Source: a virus (Duplodnaviria > Heunggongvirae > Uroviricota > Caudoviricetes). Taken from it: 45,246 nucleotides of DNA. The notes under the pieces were generated by a model, which made no database searches, was not told the DNA's origin, and saw nothing but the letters and a program-made list of their open reading frames with translations. Positions within the stretch are counted from its first letter, which is position 1. Each line of letters opens with the position of its first letter. Below, one piece after another: positions 27,497 to 36,034 of the stretch. A program made the translations under genes and the position numbers. Location: the IMG/VR virus record IMGVR_UViG_2778261297_000003. The stretch is one strand, 5' to 3'.

Positions 27497-27706
27497 TTAG
27501 TATGAATACAGTTGGTACGATGCATTTCCTTGTTGATTGTAATCAACATTTTCCAGGTGAGAACCTGTCGAATAAATCACACCTTTTTGCCCAGAACCAA
27601 CTGATGAGGTACTCATTACTCTGCGACCAAAATCAGTTGCTGTTTCGTTTGGCAAAAATTCTGCGGGGGTGATACCAAAATCGTCATAAAGCTGGTTTAT
27701 GTTCAT
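27497..27706 (-). CDS. small protein (69 aa) co-transcribed with the serine protease
   Basis: ATG at 27704-27706 with GGAGAG RBS; 14-nt gap to the protease start; no recognisable family. Confidence 0.5.
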   Translation of the reverse strand: MNINQLYDDFGITPAEFLPNETATDFGRRVMSTSSVGSGQKGVIYSTGSHLENVDYNQQGNASYQLYSY

Positions 27707-27725
27707 GGCTGCGCTCTCCAACAAA

Positions 27726-27769
27726 CTACATGTAGTAAAAAAACAACTTCGGCACACAACATGTAGATT
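27726..27769. promoter_or_regulatory. palindromic operator-like sites ACTACATGTAGT and CAACATGTAGAT
   Basis: Perfect 12-bp palindrome 27726-27737 plus a related copy 27758-27769, just upstream of the small-protein gene RBS. Confidence 0.35.
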
Positions 27770-27787
27770 TCACTAAGGGATAGATAC

Positions 27788-27809
27788 GAAAAAACCTCCC
27801 AAGTGGAGG
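27788..27809 (-). terminator. rho-independent terminator
   Basis: Minus strand CCTCC-ACTT-GGGAGG followed by TTTTTTCG. Confidence 0.5.
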
Positions 27810-28010
27810 TCAAGATTGCTTTAGTTATGCGCTAAATATGGTCTGAACATACGTTATATGCAATCTTTTTTGCACAGATTAGTGGTGTTTCTCGGAGATT
27901 TCTTGACTTTTTTTGTTGTAAGTGCAGCTTAACAACAAATTCCTATGAATGTATAAACAGTATCTTTTTATGTTGTTATGGTCGCCGGGTAATCCCATCC
28001 ACTTAGTACG

Positions 28011-28040
28011 TGAAAATGAAAAACCCGCTCGCTGGCGGGT
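28011..28040 (-). terminator. late-promoter-proximal terminator (tR'-like)
   Basis: Minus strand CCCGC-CAGCGA-GCGGG followed by TTTTTCATTTTC, about 95 bp downstream of the putative Q gene. Confidence 0.55.
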
Positions 28041-28134
28041 TTATATACTCATGGCAACATATCAAATTAGCTTTAAATATCGCTTATTTTGTTGCATTTT
28101 GCAAGCCTGATTGAAGACGTTAGTGAAATTTACT

Positions 28135-28827
28135 TCACATTTCTACCACTTTCGCTTCTTCATACTCTTCGTACCGCGCCAGGCTTTCACATAACGCCAC
28201 GCTGTCCATTTCCACGAAAGCTGCTTTAAATGCTGTCCAGTGAGCAGCGTATACCCTTAGCCAAGTTGAACGCTCCACGCTCACCATGCGGGCCAGTGCA
28301 GCCCCCGCATACTCCTGGTACGTATCGTTATTGCGTGATGCCGCAACTTCCTGGGCCGCGAGCCAGACCAACCCCACTAATTTTTTTGTGACTCTGTCTT
28401 GGAGCTTCTTACTCCCCTGCTGATGCTGAAACTGTGCCCAAACGTACTGGCACATTAACGTCTGGTACCGGAAAGACAGGTCATACCCATAGCAATACCT
28501 CACCCATGCCTGCAAATGCTCCCCCAGACCATTCACCGAACGACGCCATGCTGAACAAGCGAACTCCGTATCCTTAATAGGCGGTAAAGGTCGACGACGG
28601 CTCCTTGTCTCAAGAACATAAAGTGGAGTGGCCAGCGTTTTTACAACCTTGGATCCACAACCTTCCCCACCCTCCATGATGATTTCAGGATGGTGCCGGG
28701 GGTATTTGTTCTTATCTGCTGGTGGATGCTCACTGAACGCCTGCAGCTGTCCTTTTGTCGATCCTGATAAATCCGCCAGCGCGCGGCGCAGTTCAATCCG
28801 TGTAAATTCCAGTTCTTGTAAATTCAT
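28135..28827 (-). CDS. late antiterminator Q (putative)
   Basis: About 230 aa from MNLQELEF; mainly positional: last gene before a promoter-proximal terminator and the late/lysis region. Confidence 0.5.
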   Translation of the reverse strand: MNLQELEFTRIELRRALADLSGSTKGQLQAFSEHPPADKNKYPRHHPEIIMEGGEGCGSKVVKTLATPLYVLETRSRRRPLPPIKDTEFACSAWRRSVNGLGEHLQAWVRYCYGYDLSFRYQTLMCQYVWAQFQHQQGSKKLQDRVTKKLVGLVWLAAQEVAASRNNDTYQEYAGAALARMVSVERSTWLRVYAAHWTAFKAAFVEMDSVALCESLARYEEYEEAKVVEM

Positions 28828-28848
28828 TATGCTCAGCGCTCCATACAA

Positions 28849-29910
28849 TTACGCTTTTGTTATTACGCCGATCGCCAGCGCTCGATTCATAAATCGGAAT
28901 AGCAGCTCCAGCTGGGTACCGTGTTTTTTCTCGAACGCTGCAACATCAGCATGTAATTTGTCGTGACACTCTCTGCACAGAGGGATCACGAACAAATCGT
29001 GGGCTTTAGTGGCGGTACCGCCCATGCCGTGACCAATGACATGGTGTGGATCATCCGCTGGCCGCCGGCAACCTTCACAGGGCTGGGTTTTAGCCCACCG
29101 GGTATAGTCCTCATTCACCCACCTGCGGTGTTTTGGGCGCAACATGAATGATTCAGGGGATTCAGGATCCGCATGCAGAGCCAGAACCTGTGGCTGGTCA
29201 TAGGCCACTTCCTGATTTGTTCCATGCTTTAAATGCGCAGCCGTGACCGCAGGGGTGACCTTCTTCTGCAAAATGTTTTTTGTCGGTGGCATCGGCACAA
29301 TGTCACTTTCGCGATATACGGATAAAAACGGCTCATCCGGTAAGCGAAGCGCATGCTGGGCCATCCTTTCCGTGATTGCATCAGCAATGCCTGAGTAAAC
29401 GGCCCACCAGCACAATTCACCGAGGGATAGTTCACGCTCGTTGTTGTAGCCAAGCGAAGACAGGATAGAACTGATCAGCCAGTTAATGAGATTACGCCGG
29501 GCCAGTTCTGCCAGCGCCGCGGTGGTTTGCTCGCGCAGCTGGTTATCGCAATGCCAACAGAGCAACATTGATCCAGGGGGATGTCGCATCGTTACCAGCT
29601 CATGATGGTGATAATTAGTGTGCGGGTACTGGCATTCCTTCACGTTACGCTCTAGCCAGGATTCCAACCCGGACAAACCGCCTGCTGCACGGATAACTCT
29701 CTCGTCGGTGAAGAATTCCTCGAGGGACTTATCTTCTGCCAGCGGCTGCCGGGCATCAGGGACGAGCCCCGACGGAAGCCCAGCCATGCTTTTTGGCTGA
29801 GGCTCCACCAGCACACGCCCCTGTTGAAACAAAGACATCAGTTCGCTACCCGGCTTTAACAGCACAAGCCCAAGGCGCGGAACAGTCTCGGCTGTAAACA
29901 GTCCTCTCAC
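28849..29910 (-). CDS. DUF968-family protein with C-terminal HNH-like Cys/His motif
   Basis: 353 aa; C-terminus ..CEGCRRPADDPHHVIGHGMGG...CRECHDKLH resembles HNH/zinc-binding nuclease motifs; typical nin-region gene. Confidence 0.6.
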   Translation of the reverse strand: MRGLFTAETVPRLGLVLLKPGSELMSLFQQGRVLVEPQPKSMAGLPSGLVPDARQPLAEDKSLEEFFTDERVIRAAGGLSGLESWLERNVKECQYPHTNYHHHELVTMRHPPGSMLLCWHCDNQLREQTTAALAELARRNLINWLISSILSSLGYNNERELSLGELCWWAVYSGIADAITERMAQHALRLPDEPFLSVYRESDIVPMPPTKNILQKKVTPAVTAAHLKHGTNQEVAYDQPQVLALHADPESPESFMLRPKHRRWVNEDYTRWAKTQPCEGCRRPADDPHHVIGHGMGGTATKAHDLFVIPLCRECHDKLHADVAAFEKKHGTQLELLFRFMNRALAIGVITKA

Positions 29911-30599
29911 GCGGCATGCCCCTTAGCGATGTGTGCCGTCCACAGGCCGCCGATCCACTCGATGCCTTTGGGTGTAAAACGTGCCTGGCTAAAGGCGTAG
30001 TTTGTTTCGCTCGTAGTGCCAGTTTTCACTTCAAACCGCCCGGCAGCAATGTGCTGGTGCCGAGGTGTCAGCACTCCACTGAGCCGGTACAAAATGCCGC
30101 TCTCAATGAGGAACAAGCGGAAATCGGTCTCTTTGGCCTGCAACAGCTTTGCCACCTGGCGGAAAGACATTGAGCCTTTGGCAGTACAATATCGATCGAC
30201 AAACTCAACTTTCGGCGCGGCAGCGGCTAACTGCTGGCTGAGTTGTTCTTTCTGCTCGGCCAGATCCGCGGCGAGACGTAATGCCTCCGGCAATGTTTGC
30301 GGGACACTTACGGCCTGGCTGTTCTCCAGCTCTTGCCAGCGATCGACAACAGCGGCGGTAAATTCTGGCGACAGCCTGGCGACGATCACCAGAGAATCAC
30401 GTTTGTTAAACCAATACTCCTCGTAGGTTTGCCCGTTTTGCGGGTGTGTGTAGGGGGTGTGCGCCAACGGCGCGGTTAAAATACCAGCAGATGCAAGGCG
30501 CTCAGCTGAGCGCTTCACATCACCATGTTTGCTCTGCACCAGCCTGGCAATTTCACGGCTGGACATTGTCACAACACCCTTAGCGGTTAACTGATTCAT
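29907..30599 (-). CDS. antirepressor (Rha N-terminal domain plus KilAC-like C-terminal domain)
   Basis: MNQLTAKGVVTMSSREIARLVQSKHGDVKRSAERL resembles Rha; C-terminal half resembles antirepressor KilAC domains. Confidence 0.7.
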   Translation of the reverse strand: MNQLTAKGVVTMSSREIARLVQSKHGDVKRSAERLASAGILTAPLAHTPYTHPQNGQTYEEYWFNKRDSLVIVARLSPEFTAAVVDRWQELENSQAVSVPQTLPEALRLAADLAEQKEQLSQQLAAAAPKVEFVDRYCTAKGSMSFRQVAKLLQAKETDFRLFLIESGILYRLSGVLTPRHQHIAAGRFEVKTGTTSETNYAFSQARFTPKGIEWIGGLWTAHIAKGHAA

Positions 30600-30613
30600 G
30601 CTATTTCTCCATA

Positions 30614-32551
30614 TCAGGCGGCTGCACCCGCCTTTTGATTTGCACATAATTCAGGAAGATTTGCTTCTACCAGCGCACGAGCGAACGGCGGCGGTACTGC
30701 GTTACCACAGCGCGCTACCTGCTTGTCTTTGGCGTAACGATTGCCGCGATAGTCCTGATCGATAACGTAGCCGTCAGGGAAGCCCTGCGCCTTATAAAGC
30801 TCATGCGGTTGCAGCATGCGCATTCCGATATCGACGATCTGGTACTTAACCCCCTCGATCGTCACCAGCCATTCATCCTCGCTATCACCGCAGTAGGTTT
30901 CGAGGAATGTCCGGACCTCGCCAACGTGCTGGCCACCAGCGGTAATCGTCGGCATAGGTGTATCCATGGTCTGACCGTCGCTGCAGGTTCCGCGCAGCTT
31001 CACCAGGTGCGACGCAACTACCGCGTGGTGATCAACAGTAGTGACTGAGTGGGCAGGCTCATCCATACCAACACCCGGCCCCGTGTAATTCCCACCATAG
31101 TGCTTCGCCAGGAACGCGCTCACCGTTGCAAACTTATTACCACCAGCAGTGACCGTGCCGAGCGGGTTATTCAGTTGAAGAACACGCGGTTCTTGCCCTG
31201 GGCGTTCGCCGTACCCCATCTGGATCAGTGTTGGAGTTACCAGCTGCGACTTACCGCCACCACCTGCAGTAATCGTCGCACTCGGTTCGTCAGCCCTGTG
31301 CCCAACACTGGCTCCAAACTGGCGGGCGATGACCGGCGCAACCACGCACGCGCGGGACTGCTTGAGGATTGTATGAGCGGGTTTATCCAGCGGGCGCGGC
31401 TTTGCCTGGTACTCACTGCCGCCATTGCCAGCCAGGAACGGTGTCAGGGCGGCCTCAACTACGCCAAGCGCATGCCCATTCCCGCCCGGGCGCGCCGACG
31501 TACCAGCGGTGACAGTTGGTACCGGCTCGGTCACTGGCTGCCCGGTGGCCCCGGTGCGGAATTTAGTAAGATGCGGTACCGCCAGTGCGTAGCCATGCTT
31601 TTTAGTGATGGTCTGCAATGGCTCTAACAACGATTGCCCGCGGAAACAGTCATAACCTCCTTTCGTCGTGGTGTGGTTACACTTCACGATGAAAGGTGAT
31701 GCGCTTTCGATAACAAAGCGCTGGATGCCGCGCGCGATACGTTTGAGCGTATTTTCCGCCAGCGGCTTTTTGCGGTCGAAGATGGACCGGGCCGGGATAT
31801 TCCAGTCAATGCACTCCGCCGCGGTACGCCATGGCGCCAGCTTGCCGCTTTGTACTTCCAGTGATTTTGGATCCCCATGAGTCGCTTCAGGCCAATGAAT
31901 CTTGCGGCCGTCACAGCGCATGACCATGAAGAAACGCTTTCTGATCGTCGGCGCGCCGTAGTCACATGCGCGCAGCTCCCGATAATCAACCTCATAACCA
32001 AGCCCGGCGATCAGCTGTTGCGCCTGCTGGCCGTGCGGCTCAATGGCAAGGAATTCACAAACCTCAGCCAGCGCAGGGTGATTCGCCGCGATCCCCGTCG
32101 ACAGCATGCCGACAAATGCCTCGAATGTTTCGCCAGCACGCTCAGGATCTGGGCGTAATTCTTCATCCAGCAGCGGGCCCCATGTCTTAAACTCTTCGAC
32201 GTTCTCCAGCATCATGACGCGGGGACGTACTGCCAGCGCCCAGCGCAGGACAATCCACGCCAGCCCGCGAATCTCTTTCTTAACCGGCTTAGCGCCCTTC
32301 GCCTTGGAAAAGTGGCGGCAGTCAGGGCTAAACCAGGCCAGACCGACAGGTTTACCGCTGGTGGCTGCGCTTGGGTCAACGTCAAACACCGACTCGCAAT
32401 AATGCAGCGTGTCAGGGTGATTCGTCTTATGCATCGCAATAGCGTTTTCGTCGTGGTTGATAGCGATATCCACGCTACGCCCGATCGCCAGTTCAATGCC
32501 GGTACTCGCGCCGCCGCCACCAGCAAAGTTATCAACGATAATTTCACGCAT
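30614..32551 (-). CDS. DNA (cytosine-5)-methyltransferase, large, with repeated TRD-like modules
   Basis: About 645 aa from MREIIVDNFAGGGGAS (motif I); SPDC..FS.AKG (motif IV-like), MLENV (motif VI), RKRFFMV (motif VIII), CGNAV (motif X); four TxTAGG-containing repeats between motifs VIII and X. Confidence 0.8.
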   Translation of the reverse strand: MREIIVDNFAGGGGASTGIELAIGRSVDIAINHDENAIAMHKTNHPDTLHYCESVFDVDPSAATSGKPVGLAWFSPDCRHFSKAKGAKPVKKEIRGLAWIVLRWALAVRPRVMMLENVEEFKTWGPLLDEELRPDPERAGETFEAFVGMLSTGIAANHPALAEVCEFLAIEPHGQQAQQLIAGLGYEVDYRELRACDYGAPTIRKRFFMVMRCDGRKIHWPEATHGDPKSLEVQSGKLAPWRTAAECIDWNIPARSIFDRKKPLAENTLKRIARGIQRFVIESASPFIVKCNHTTTKGGYDCFRGQSLLEPLQTITKKHGYALAVPHLTKFRTGATGQPVTEPVPTVTAGTSARPGGNGHALGVVEAALTPFLAGNGGSEYQAKPRPLDKPAHTILKQSRACVVAPVIARQFGASVGHRADEPSATITAGGGGKSQLVTPTLIQMGYGERPGQEPRVLQLNNPLGTVTAGGNKFATVSAFLAKHYGGNYTGPGVGMDEPAHSVTTVDHHAVVASHLVKLRGTCSDGQTMDTPMPTITAGGQHVGEVRTFLETYCGDSEDEWLVTIEGVKYQIVDIGMRMLQPHELYKAQGFPDGYVIDQDYRGNRYAKDKQVARCGNAVPPPFARALVEANLPELCANQKAGAAA

Positions 32552-33878
32552 TGACGGCCCCCTGCATGCTGTTGAAGAGACCACCAGCGGTCGTGATAAT
32601 TTCACTCGTCGGCATACGTTCGAGCCACAGCTGGTTGATATTGGCTTTCAGCTTGTTCTGCTGCGAAACAGGTAGAGCGTCAGCCCCTTCAATCTGGTTA
32701 AACACCAGTCCAACCTCAAGAGGCCAAACGCGCGATTCGTTTAACGCCTTGTCCTTTGATTCCTGCGTCTCACGGACATGGGCGCGGATCCCCCGAATAT
32801 TTGACCATTTGGCTTTATCCAGGCTTTCCATGGTCGCGATGAATTCACTGTGGTTAATGCCGTATTCTTTCGCAGACTCAACGGCAACCGTGCGTAACCG
32901 CTCTGACATGTCTTGTTTCACGTCATCGCTATCAAAGGGCAATGTTTCCAGCCATGCATTAACACCCACCAGGATGCTCTCGCTGATCAGCTTTTTCGCT
33001 CTGTCGATCGTCAGCGGTGAAACATTGGTAAATTCAGGGTTTTCCAGAGAGTCGGCAGCCCAGGTATGACCAAACTTTGACTCGCTGAAGGTGTACTCGT
33101 CTTTCTTGCCGAACGCCGCGACAACACAGGCCCAAGCCTCTACACCGCTGGTTTCCAGAATGGCTTTTTGGGTTAATGGCAGTTCTGCCTCTGATTTCTC
33201 CGGCACTACCTCAGCGTCCAGCTCCGGCGCCGCATCAGTTTGCGTTCTTCCCACGGCAAATTGGGCCAGCGACATCGCAGCACGGCCTTTGGCCTCCAGG
33301 TCGGTGCGGTTGATGTAACTGAAACGCTCACCCCGCCATGTTTTGTCGAAGACCACGATAGCGCCAGCAAAAAATGCGCTGGTGGGCTGCTGCTTTTCGT
33401 CTTTCGGCACGAACCATGTAGGAAGATCGAAACCAATTCGGCCACGGATGAATGTGACGTGATCTGCCTCTTCCGGCCACCACGTCTCACTCGTCGCAGA
33501 CTTAATGAGAAAAACGTACCGTCCACCCTTTTCTCGCATTGCCATAGCGTGGTTAATGATGTGGGTCATTCCGGTAACGGCCTGCTTGTCGTGGTACTGA
33601 GAGCGGCTGTAAGGCGGGTTGCCAAACCCGGCACCACCGAGTTCTGCCAGACGCTCTGACCAATCCTGCGTCAGGGCATTATTTTCAGCCGTGTACCAGG
33701 TTGGGCACTTCGCGTTGCTGTCGTCGGCAAAAAGGTCCAACACCAGAGGGCCGAACATCGCATTGATACCCCAAAACAACAGATCCGGAGTGCGCCATTG
33801 ATCGCCGACCTCTTTCAACTCATGGGCTGGTTTTGAACGCAGTTCAGCCAGCGCGCGGCAGTATTTGCTTTCAATCAT
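32544..33878 (-). CDS. phage Dam-type N6-adenine methyltransferase (NPPY) fused to a 270-aa C-terminal domain of unknown function
   Basis: N-terminal region WRTPDLLF...GFGNPPYS matches phage Dam family; C-terminal extension has no recognised motifs. Confidence 0.7.
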   Translation of the reverse strand: MIESKYCRALAELRSKPAHELKEVGDQWRTPDLLFWGINAMFGPLVLDLFADDSNAKCPTWYTAENNALTQDWSERLAELGGAGFGNPPYSRSQYHDKQAVTGMTHIINHAMAMREKGGRYVFLIKSATSETWWPEEADHVTFIRGRIGFDLPTWFVPKDEKQQPTSAFFAGAIVVFDKTWRGERFSYINRTDLEAKGRAAMSLAQFAVGRTQTDAAPELDAEVVPEKSEAELPLTQKAILETSGVEAWACVVAAFGKKDEYTFSESKFGHTWAADSLENPEFTNVSPLTIDRAKKLISESILVGVNAWLETLPFDSDDVKQDMSERLRTVAVESAKEYGINHSEFIATMESLDKAKWSNIRGIRAHVRETQESKDKALNESRVWPLEVGLVFNQIEGADALPVSQQNKLKANINQLWLERMPTSEIITTAGGLFNSMQGAVNA

Positions 33879-34807
33879 CCTCTGAACCCCTCTGGAATTT
33901 TGGTATCTACCGGGCCGAACTTCATCGGGTCATGTTTCTTCTCGCCCCAGCTTTCACGCGGGGGACGGCCTTTCTTATCCCAGCGGATCCCGCTTTGCAG
34001 ATAACCCTCAAATTTTTTCGGCCCAAACAGAGTTTCAGGCCGCATGTACTGATACTGCGCGTCATTGCCGTTCCAGTGTTCATGCTTAAGGTCAATCACC
34101 AGCGTCAAGTCGCTGACGGTATAACCTTCACGCAGACGGGCACGTATGTTTTCCAGAGAGGTTTTAGATTTCTGGTACCGTGAGCCGCTAACCTGGTTCA
34201 AATGAGTTAAAACCAGGATGGCGTTATCAGTGATCAACACTTCAGGGTCTGGTTGCGGCGCAACCGGACAAGAGGGGTTAATGATCTGTTTGTGATGATC
34301 TGAGTAATGATCTGTATAGAGAATAGGTTCCGCGACTTCGCGGTTAGGGTTCTGCGGTTCTGCGTTTTCGGTTCCGTGATTTTGCGGAATAGGTTCCGCG
34401 ACTTCGCGTTTCCCGTTCCGCGATTCTGCGGAATCCAGTGTTACAGGGAATAAAACGTTAATTAGCGCTTCGCCGTTAATGCGGTAATGCGTTTTTTTTG
34501 TACCATTTACCTGGCGCTGGGTCTTTTGAACTACGTCAGGAAGCCAACGAGTGCAAATCTTGTTTACAAGGCGCTGTACCTGATCTTCACTTACTCCTCG
34601 AATCTCAGCGGCAAGCTCACTGTGTTCTTTGTAGAACCAGCCATCATTCAAGTCGGATTTACCTGACCAGAACACAAGTTGGTTTAGAACAGCACCTAAG
34701 GCGTGCGCCTGCTGGTCACCTGAGAAAAAATCGAGGTAAGGCACCGGAATGGTAATGCAGTTCCGTTGTCCCGATAGCGATTGAACGATTTCAAATATCT
34801 GGCTCAT
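33875..34807 (-). CDS. replication initiator (lambda O-like architecture, iterons within the gene)
   Basis: 310 aa; internal repeated peptide REVAEPIPQN...REVAEPIL is encoded by DNA iterons, as in lambda O; C-terminal region resembles the conserved phage replication C-terminus. Confidence 0.55.
   Translation of the reverse strand: MSQIFEIVQSLSGQRNCITIPVPYLDFFSGDQQAHALGAVLNQLVFWSGKSDLNDGWFYKEHSELAAEIRGVSEDQVQRLVNKICTRWLPDVVQKTQRQVNGTKKTHYRINGEALINVLFPVTLDSAESRNGKREVAEPIPQNHGTENAEPQNPNREVAEPILYTDHYSDHHKQIINPSCPVAPQPDPEVLITDNAILVLTHLNQVSGSRYQKSKTSLENIRARLREGYTVSDLTLVIDLKHEHWNGNDAQYQYMRPETLFGPKKFEGYLQSGIRWDKKGRPPRESWGEKKHDPMKFGPVDTKIPEGFRG
34281..34430. repeat. iteron array / candidate origin of replication
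   Basis: Three direct ATGATCTG repeats (each with a GATC) at 34281-34314, and 21-bp direct repeats AATAGGTTCCGCGACTTCGCG at 34322-34342 and 34388-34408 plus degenerate GGTTCCGCGA/TTCTGCGG units. Confidence 0.5.
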
Positions 34808-34976
34808 GTTCGTTCGTTATCTCCCTGAATTTTTGTCTGAATAACTCAAGTGGGCTGAAGCATTCGTGCTCATACCCTGCTCGCAGGTAGATAACACGCC
34901 GCGTTTCAGGCTCCCACCGGATAACCCGAACGGGGATACCTCTGTGGTCTTTGAACCTTCGGTTAACTTCGCGCAT
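34791..34976 (-). CDS. small hypothetical protein (61 aa)
   Basis: ATG preceded by AGGAAGG RBS; overlaps the start of the O-like gene by 17 bp. Confidence 0.35.
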   Translation of the reverse strand: MREVNRRFKDHRGIPVRVIRWEPETRRVIYLRAGYEHECFSPLELFRQKFREITNEHEPDI

Positions 34977-35148
34977 AAGCGTTTCGCCTTCCTGTAGTAA
35001 ACCCCCACAATTGCGACCGCCCGACTGTGGTTACATGGCACCCAGCGGTTTGCTATTCTGCGTTCATACCGAAACAACGGAGCGCCCGGTACCGGGATCA
35101 TCCTGAGTTGCGGTAAACGGTTAAAAGCCGTTAAACTGGTCATGCGGA

Positions 35149-35697
35149 TTACTTCTCCATACAAGATTTATCTGCCACGACGCCCGGAGCTGCACACTCG
35201 CGGGCGTCACTCTTTTCCGGCGCGCAAAACACACGGAAAAGCAGCGTCAAATGTTCCTGCCACTTAGCCATCACCTGATAGCTGTTCTCTTCAATCTGCG
35301 CGCGTTCTTGAGCATCAATAACCCCATCAGCGGTAGCTTTACGAAGGTATTGCGAATGCTTGCCGATCCACTCAACTGACTCCATGAGACGCTGGTTGAT
35401 ATCGCCGTTCTCAACCTCTTCAACATCAGCCAATGGCACGAAAACACCGTTCGAGTGACGTGCAATTGCGTTCGCTATGTGGTGTGAACCACCAGCACGT
35501 TGAAGCACCATCGCCCAACCGAGCGGGAAGATCTGATCACCATCGGTACGCAGCCGGTTAAACAGCGCGTTCTCGGTCACACCCAACCACTCAGCTGCCT
35601 CGGAATACCCGCCCGGAAGCTCTGTGATCGTTTTTTTGATTGCGGCCACCAGCCAGGCTGGCTGCTTATCTACTTTCCATTCAGGTTCTATACCCAC
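35149..35697 (-). CDS. CII-position HTH regulator (putative)
   Basis: GTG start 7 nt after an AAGGGAGGA RBS just downstream of cro; HTH-like segment GYSEAAEWLGVTENALFNRLR. Confidence 0.4.
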   Translation of the reverse strand: MGIEPEWKVDKQPAWLVAAIKKTITELPGGYSEAAEWLGVTENALFNRLRTDGDQIFPLGWAMVLQRAGGSHHIANAIARHSNGVFVPLADVEEVENGDINQRLMESVEWIGKHSQYLRKATADGVIDAQERAQIEENSYQVMAKWQEHLTLLFRVFCAPEKSDARECAAPGVVADKSCMEK

Positions 35698-35719
35698 GGC
35701 TAGGTCCTCCCTTCTGTGG

Positions 35720-35935
35720 TTATTTCTGATCGTTAGGCGATGTATTCTTGCCATAACGTTCTGGGTTGAATTCAAGTTCACCAGCAGTTCGATACGCAGC
35801 TTCAGCAGCTCGTCCTTTTGGGATTAAGCGTCCGGGGCGATTACGCCACTGGTAAACGGCCTCACTGGTGATGCCAAAAAATTCGGCTACTTTCTCAGTG
35901 CTGCCGAAATGTTGTTCAATCTCGTCGGTTGTCAT
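35720..35935 (-). CDS. cro: Cro-like repressor
   Basis: 71 aa; HTH ..VAEFFGITSEAVYQWRN..; AAGGAGG RBS; divergent from cI across an operator region. Confidence 0.7.
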   Translation of the reverse strand: MTTDEIEQHFGSTEKVAEFFGITSEAVYQWRNRPGRLIPKGRAAEAAYRTAGELEFNPERYGKNTSPNDQK

Positions 35936-35947
35936 GAAGCCTCCTTA

Positions 35948-36012
35948 GCTAAGTTTAGTTAGATATTAATAACCAATCTAACTTTGGTCAATAAAAACTA
36001 AGATTACTTAGT
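35948..36012. promoter_or_regulatory. OR-like operator cluster between cro and cI
   Basis: GCTAAGTTTAGTTAGAT (35948-35964), ACCAA-N7-TTGGT (35972-35988) and perfect palindrome ACTAAG-ATTA-CTTAGT (35997-36012). Confidence 0.5.
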
Positions 36013-36034
36013 CTTTTTTAAATTTGGTGCTTTC

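Noticed and set aside
34817-35164. 115-aa minus-strand ORF
   Set aside because: Overlaps the stop of the CII-position gene and competes with the 61-aa ORF, which has a clear AGGAAGG RBS; kept only as an alternative.
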